A stretch of 39,486 bases of DNA from assembly GCA_049700215.1 (NCBI GenBank), contig JBNAVT010000004.1:1-39486 (forward strand), read 5' to 3'. The notes beneath the pieces are model-generated. The model did no database searches and had not been told where the DNA came from. It was given only the letters and a program-made list of their open reading frames with translations. Below are positions 37,228 to 39,486 of this stretch, piece by piece; the first letter of the stretch is position 1; the number at the start of each line of letters is the position of its first letter. This stretch comes from Thermoproteota archaeon. GTDB lineage: Archaea > Thermoproteota > EX4484-205 > JAAOZP01. A program made the translations under genes and the position numbers.

Positions 37228-37718
37228 AACATAAAAAGGCTTCTCCCAGAAGCCTCGTGTTCGCAGTTGTTACGGTGAGCGACTCTAGGACTTTTGAAAC
37301 AGACGAATCCGGAGGGATGGCTGAGGATATTTTGGGAAAAGGGGGCCACGAGGTTTGCAGGAGGCTGATAGTCCGGAACGATGAGGATGAGATAAGTAGG
37401 ATTATTGGAGAGCTGCTTAACAGTGGGGAAATCGACGTCATACTGACTATCGGAGGAACCGGGTTGAGCACGAGGGACGTTACTGTTGAAACAGTCTCTA
37501 AAACGGTTGAGAAGAGGATCGAAGGGTTCGGAGAGCTTTTCAGGTTTCTAAGCTACAGTGAAATAGGCACGGCAGCAATGCTTACAAGAGCTTTCGCAGG
37601 CGTTGCAAAGGGAAAGATACTGATATGTCTGCCAGGGTCGAGGAACGCGGTGGAGCTGGCGATTAGGAAGCTGATACTCCCGGAAATCGGCCACATGGTT
37701 AGAGAAGCGAGAAGATGA
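37215..37718 (+). CDS. moaB: molybdopterin adenylyltransferase MoaB/MogA family
   Basis: VTVSDSR..DESG, GGTGLSTRDVT, GFGELFR, LPGS. Confidence 0.92.
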   Translation: MDYLEHKKASPRSLVFAVVTVSDSRTFETDESGGMAEDILGKGGHEVCRRLIVRNDEDEISRIIGELLNSGEIDVILTIGGTGLSTRDVTVETVSKTVEKRIEGFGELFRFLSYSEIGTAAMLTRAFAGVAKGKILICLPGSRNAVELAIRKLILPEIGHMVREARR

Positions 37719-37905
37719 GGAAGAATCACCTAAGGACACAATGCTTAAGAGACGCTGAGAGACCACGCGCTAGAAGGGGTATGCCTGCCAGTATTTAAGT
37801 TAGACCAAACGGTAAACCGGAAGTGGAAAACAACTGGCTAATCTTCCCGCAGACGGGTTAAGAAGAAGATTTTAAAGCAACGGATTGAAAAACCGATAGG
37901 AGAAC

Positions 37906-38838
37906 ATGGATCAGGAAGCAGTGGTTGCTCATAGGATTTCTAAGTTGTACAATGGTGTTGTCGCACTGGATTCTGTCAGCTTCACCGTTAGGTCTGGCGA
38001 AGTTTATGCTTTCATAGGTCCGAATGGCGCAGGCAAGTCGACATTGTTCAATATTATAGCTGGCGTTATGAAGCCATCTTCAGGAAGCATCAGGGTTTTA
38101 GGAGGCGACCCTTTCGACCCGTTGACACGTATAAAAGTCTCATATCTTCCAGCAACGCCGCCGCTATACCCGTGGCTAACGATAATGGAGAACGTTGATT
38201 TCTACGCGTCGCTATACGGTTTTAACAAGAATACTATCCGTCAGGAGGCTAGGAGGCTTTTAGAGACACTGGGTGTTCAGGAGTTGGCAACCAAGCTGTC
38301 TTCAAAACTGTCAACGGGGCAGACGAAGTTGGCTTCAATCGTGATAGCCCTAGCCGTTAAGGCCGAGCTACTGATCCTCGACGAGCCCACTACTGCTTTA
38401 GACCCGGGTATGCGCAGGAGCGTTTTAGATTTGCTGCGCGAAAGAGTTTCAAACAGGGTTACTATCCTCATGGCGACTCATCTTGTTGACGAGGCTGAGG
38501 GACTTGCAAACAGGGTTGCAATAATGGATAAGGGCAGGTTGATCGCTGGCGGCAGTGTTGATGAGCTTAAAAAACTCTATGCTCCGCCGGCTGTCCTAGT
38601 GATTAAGCCCAGTCTCGAACACGCCGAGAATGCTTATGCTGCTTTAAAGAACCATTGGGGAAACGCTTATAGTTGTGACGGAGAAGTACGCGTACATACT
38701 GATGATCCTGACGAGGATCTGCCTAAGGCCATATTAATCCTCGGTGAAAAAGGGATAAGGGTGTTGAGTGTAAGCGTAGTCAAGCCTACGCTTGAAGATG
38801 TTTTTCTCAAGCTAACTGGAAGGAGGCTGGGGGAATGA
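37906..38838 (+). CDS. ABC-2 exporter ATP-binding protein
   Basis: GPNGAGKST, LSTGQ, LILDEPT, ATHL, PTLEDVFLKLTG. Confidence 0.92.
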   Translation: MDQEAVVAHRISKLYNGVVALDSVSFTVRSGEVYAFIGPNGAGKSTLFNIIAGVMKPSSGSIRVLGGDPFDPLTRIKVSYLPATPPLYPWLTIMENVDFYASLYGFNKNTIRQEARRLLETLGVQELATKLSSKLSTGQTKLASIVIALAVKAELLILDEPTTALDPGMRRSVLDLLRERVSNRVTILMATHLVDEAEGLANRVAIMDKGRLIAGGSVDELKKLYAPPAVLVIKPSLEHAENAYAALKNHWGNAYSCDGEVRVHTDDPDEDLPKAILILGEKGIRVLSVSVVKPTLEDVFLKLTGRRLGE

Positions 38839-39486
38839 GAATAAAACCGATAGTTTCATTCATTGTTCGTGATTTAAAGCTGATGATTAGAGATAAGACG
38901 TTTATTTTCTGGCTCGTAGCATGGCCACTGATATGGATCTTCATGACGGCATACATTTTCGTGCCGCCGACTGGAGACGGTGGAACAATAATGCTTAACC
39001 TTGGAATTGTAAACTTAGACAGCTCTCAAACACCGCTTAACGGCTCGTCTCTGATTAAGATCTTGGAAGGGGCAGAGTATAATGGTTCAAAGCTGTTTAG
39101 CTTAAAATTGTATCACTCTGAGGAGGAATCGTTACAAGCTTTAAGGAGAGGTGAGCTTGACGGTGTAATAGTTGTACCTGAAGGCTTCGGCTACGCTGTA
39201 ATCAATCCGGTGGAGAAAGCAAGGCTTCACACATACATTGGTTCAAGAACCCCTCAGTCTGCGCAAATATCCTCCTCAATAATAATGGGCTTCCTCGAAA
39301 GGTTCTCTGAAGAACTCTCGTTTAAGAGGATTGAGAACACGGTGAACATAATCAAACAGTTACCGATAGCAGAAGAGGAGAAACAATGGCTCAACACTAC
39401 TTTGCAAAACATCACGCAACCATTAGACTTAACTGTTGAGCACATATCGCCTGGGGTGTTTGAAGACCGTGCGAGAATATTGGGCT
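38835..39486 (+). CDS. ABC-2 permease, 3'-truncated by the window end (absent from the ORF track)
   Basis: ATG 38835 overlaps the ATPase stop (ATGA). Reads MRIKPIVSFIVRDLKLMIRDKTFIFWLVAWPLIW..LGIVNLD..GELDGVIVVPEGF and stays open to the end. Confidence 0.85.
   Translation, partial: MRIKPIVSFIVRDLKLMIRDKTFIFWLVAWPLIWIFMTAYIFVPPTGDGGTIMLNLGIVNLDSSQTPLNGSSLIKILEGAEYNGSKLFSLKLYHSEEESLQALRRGELDGVIVVPEGFGYAVINPVEKARLHTYIGSRTPQSAQISSSIIMGFLERFSEELSFKRIENTVNIIKQLPIAEEEKQWLNTTLQNITQPLDLTVEHISPGVFEDRARILG

Noticed and set aside
922-39445. Numerous 60-190 aa ORFs antisense to, or nested in, recognised genes (e.g. 922-1314, 7515-8090, 24061-24552, 29414-29866, 35483-36019, 39254-39445)
   Set aside because: Shadow ORFs of well-supported genes, with no family motifs or independent translation signals.
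1-39486. CRISPR array, tRNA/rRNA genes, transposases or integrases
   Set aside because: No regularly spaced direct repeats, cloverleaf-like segments or recombinase motifs were seen by eye. A covariance-model scan would be needed to exclude small RNAs.

Overview
Archaeal chromosomal window (TATA/BRE promoters, GGTGA ribosome-binding sites, archaeal-type MoaA, PflX-like and B12-radical SAM genes). A TACK-type heterotroph is inferred, but the lineage cannot be fixed from sequence alone. Left to right: the 3' part of an AT-rich gene ending in a PD-(D/E)XK nuclease domain plus a tightly coupled orphan (candidate toxin/immunity pair); a LarA-family racemase; a PadR-led operon with two ABC exporters and an extended rhomboid protease; another ABC exporter; a sugar-catabolism neighbourhood (GH4, MFS, UROD-like protein, Asp-box and other propeller proteins, GH2); a three-gene membrane system of two OPT-like transporters around a 1506-aa fusion of a degenerate M28 peptidase and an FtsX/MacB permease; molybdopterin genes moaA and moaDECB; and a final ABC exporter cut by the window end. 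Two pseudogenes are present (a UROD-like remnant and a B12-radical SAM gene). The most unusual sequence-level signal is a short palindromic (GC)n motif (AGCGCGCT-like). It sits at the inferred deletion or frameshift junctions of both pseudogenes and recurs in many intergenic gaps, suggesting a stereotyped DNA-repair or excision scar. No rRNA, tRNA, CRISPR array or transposase was recognised.
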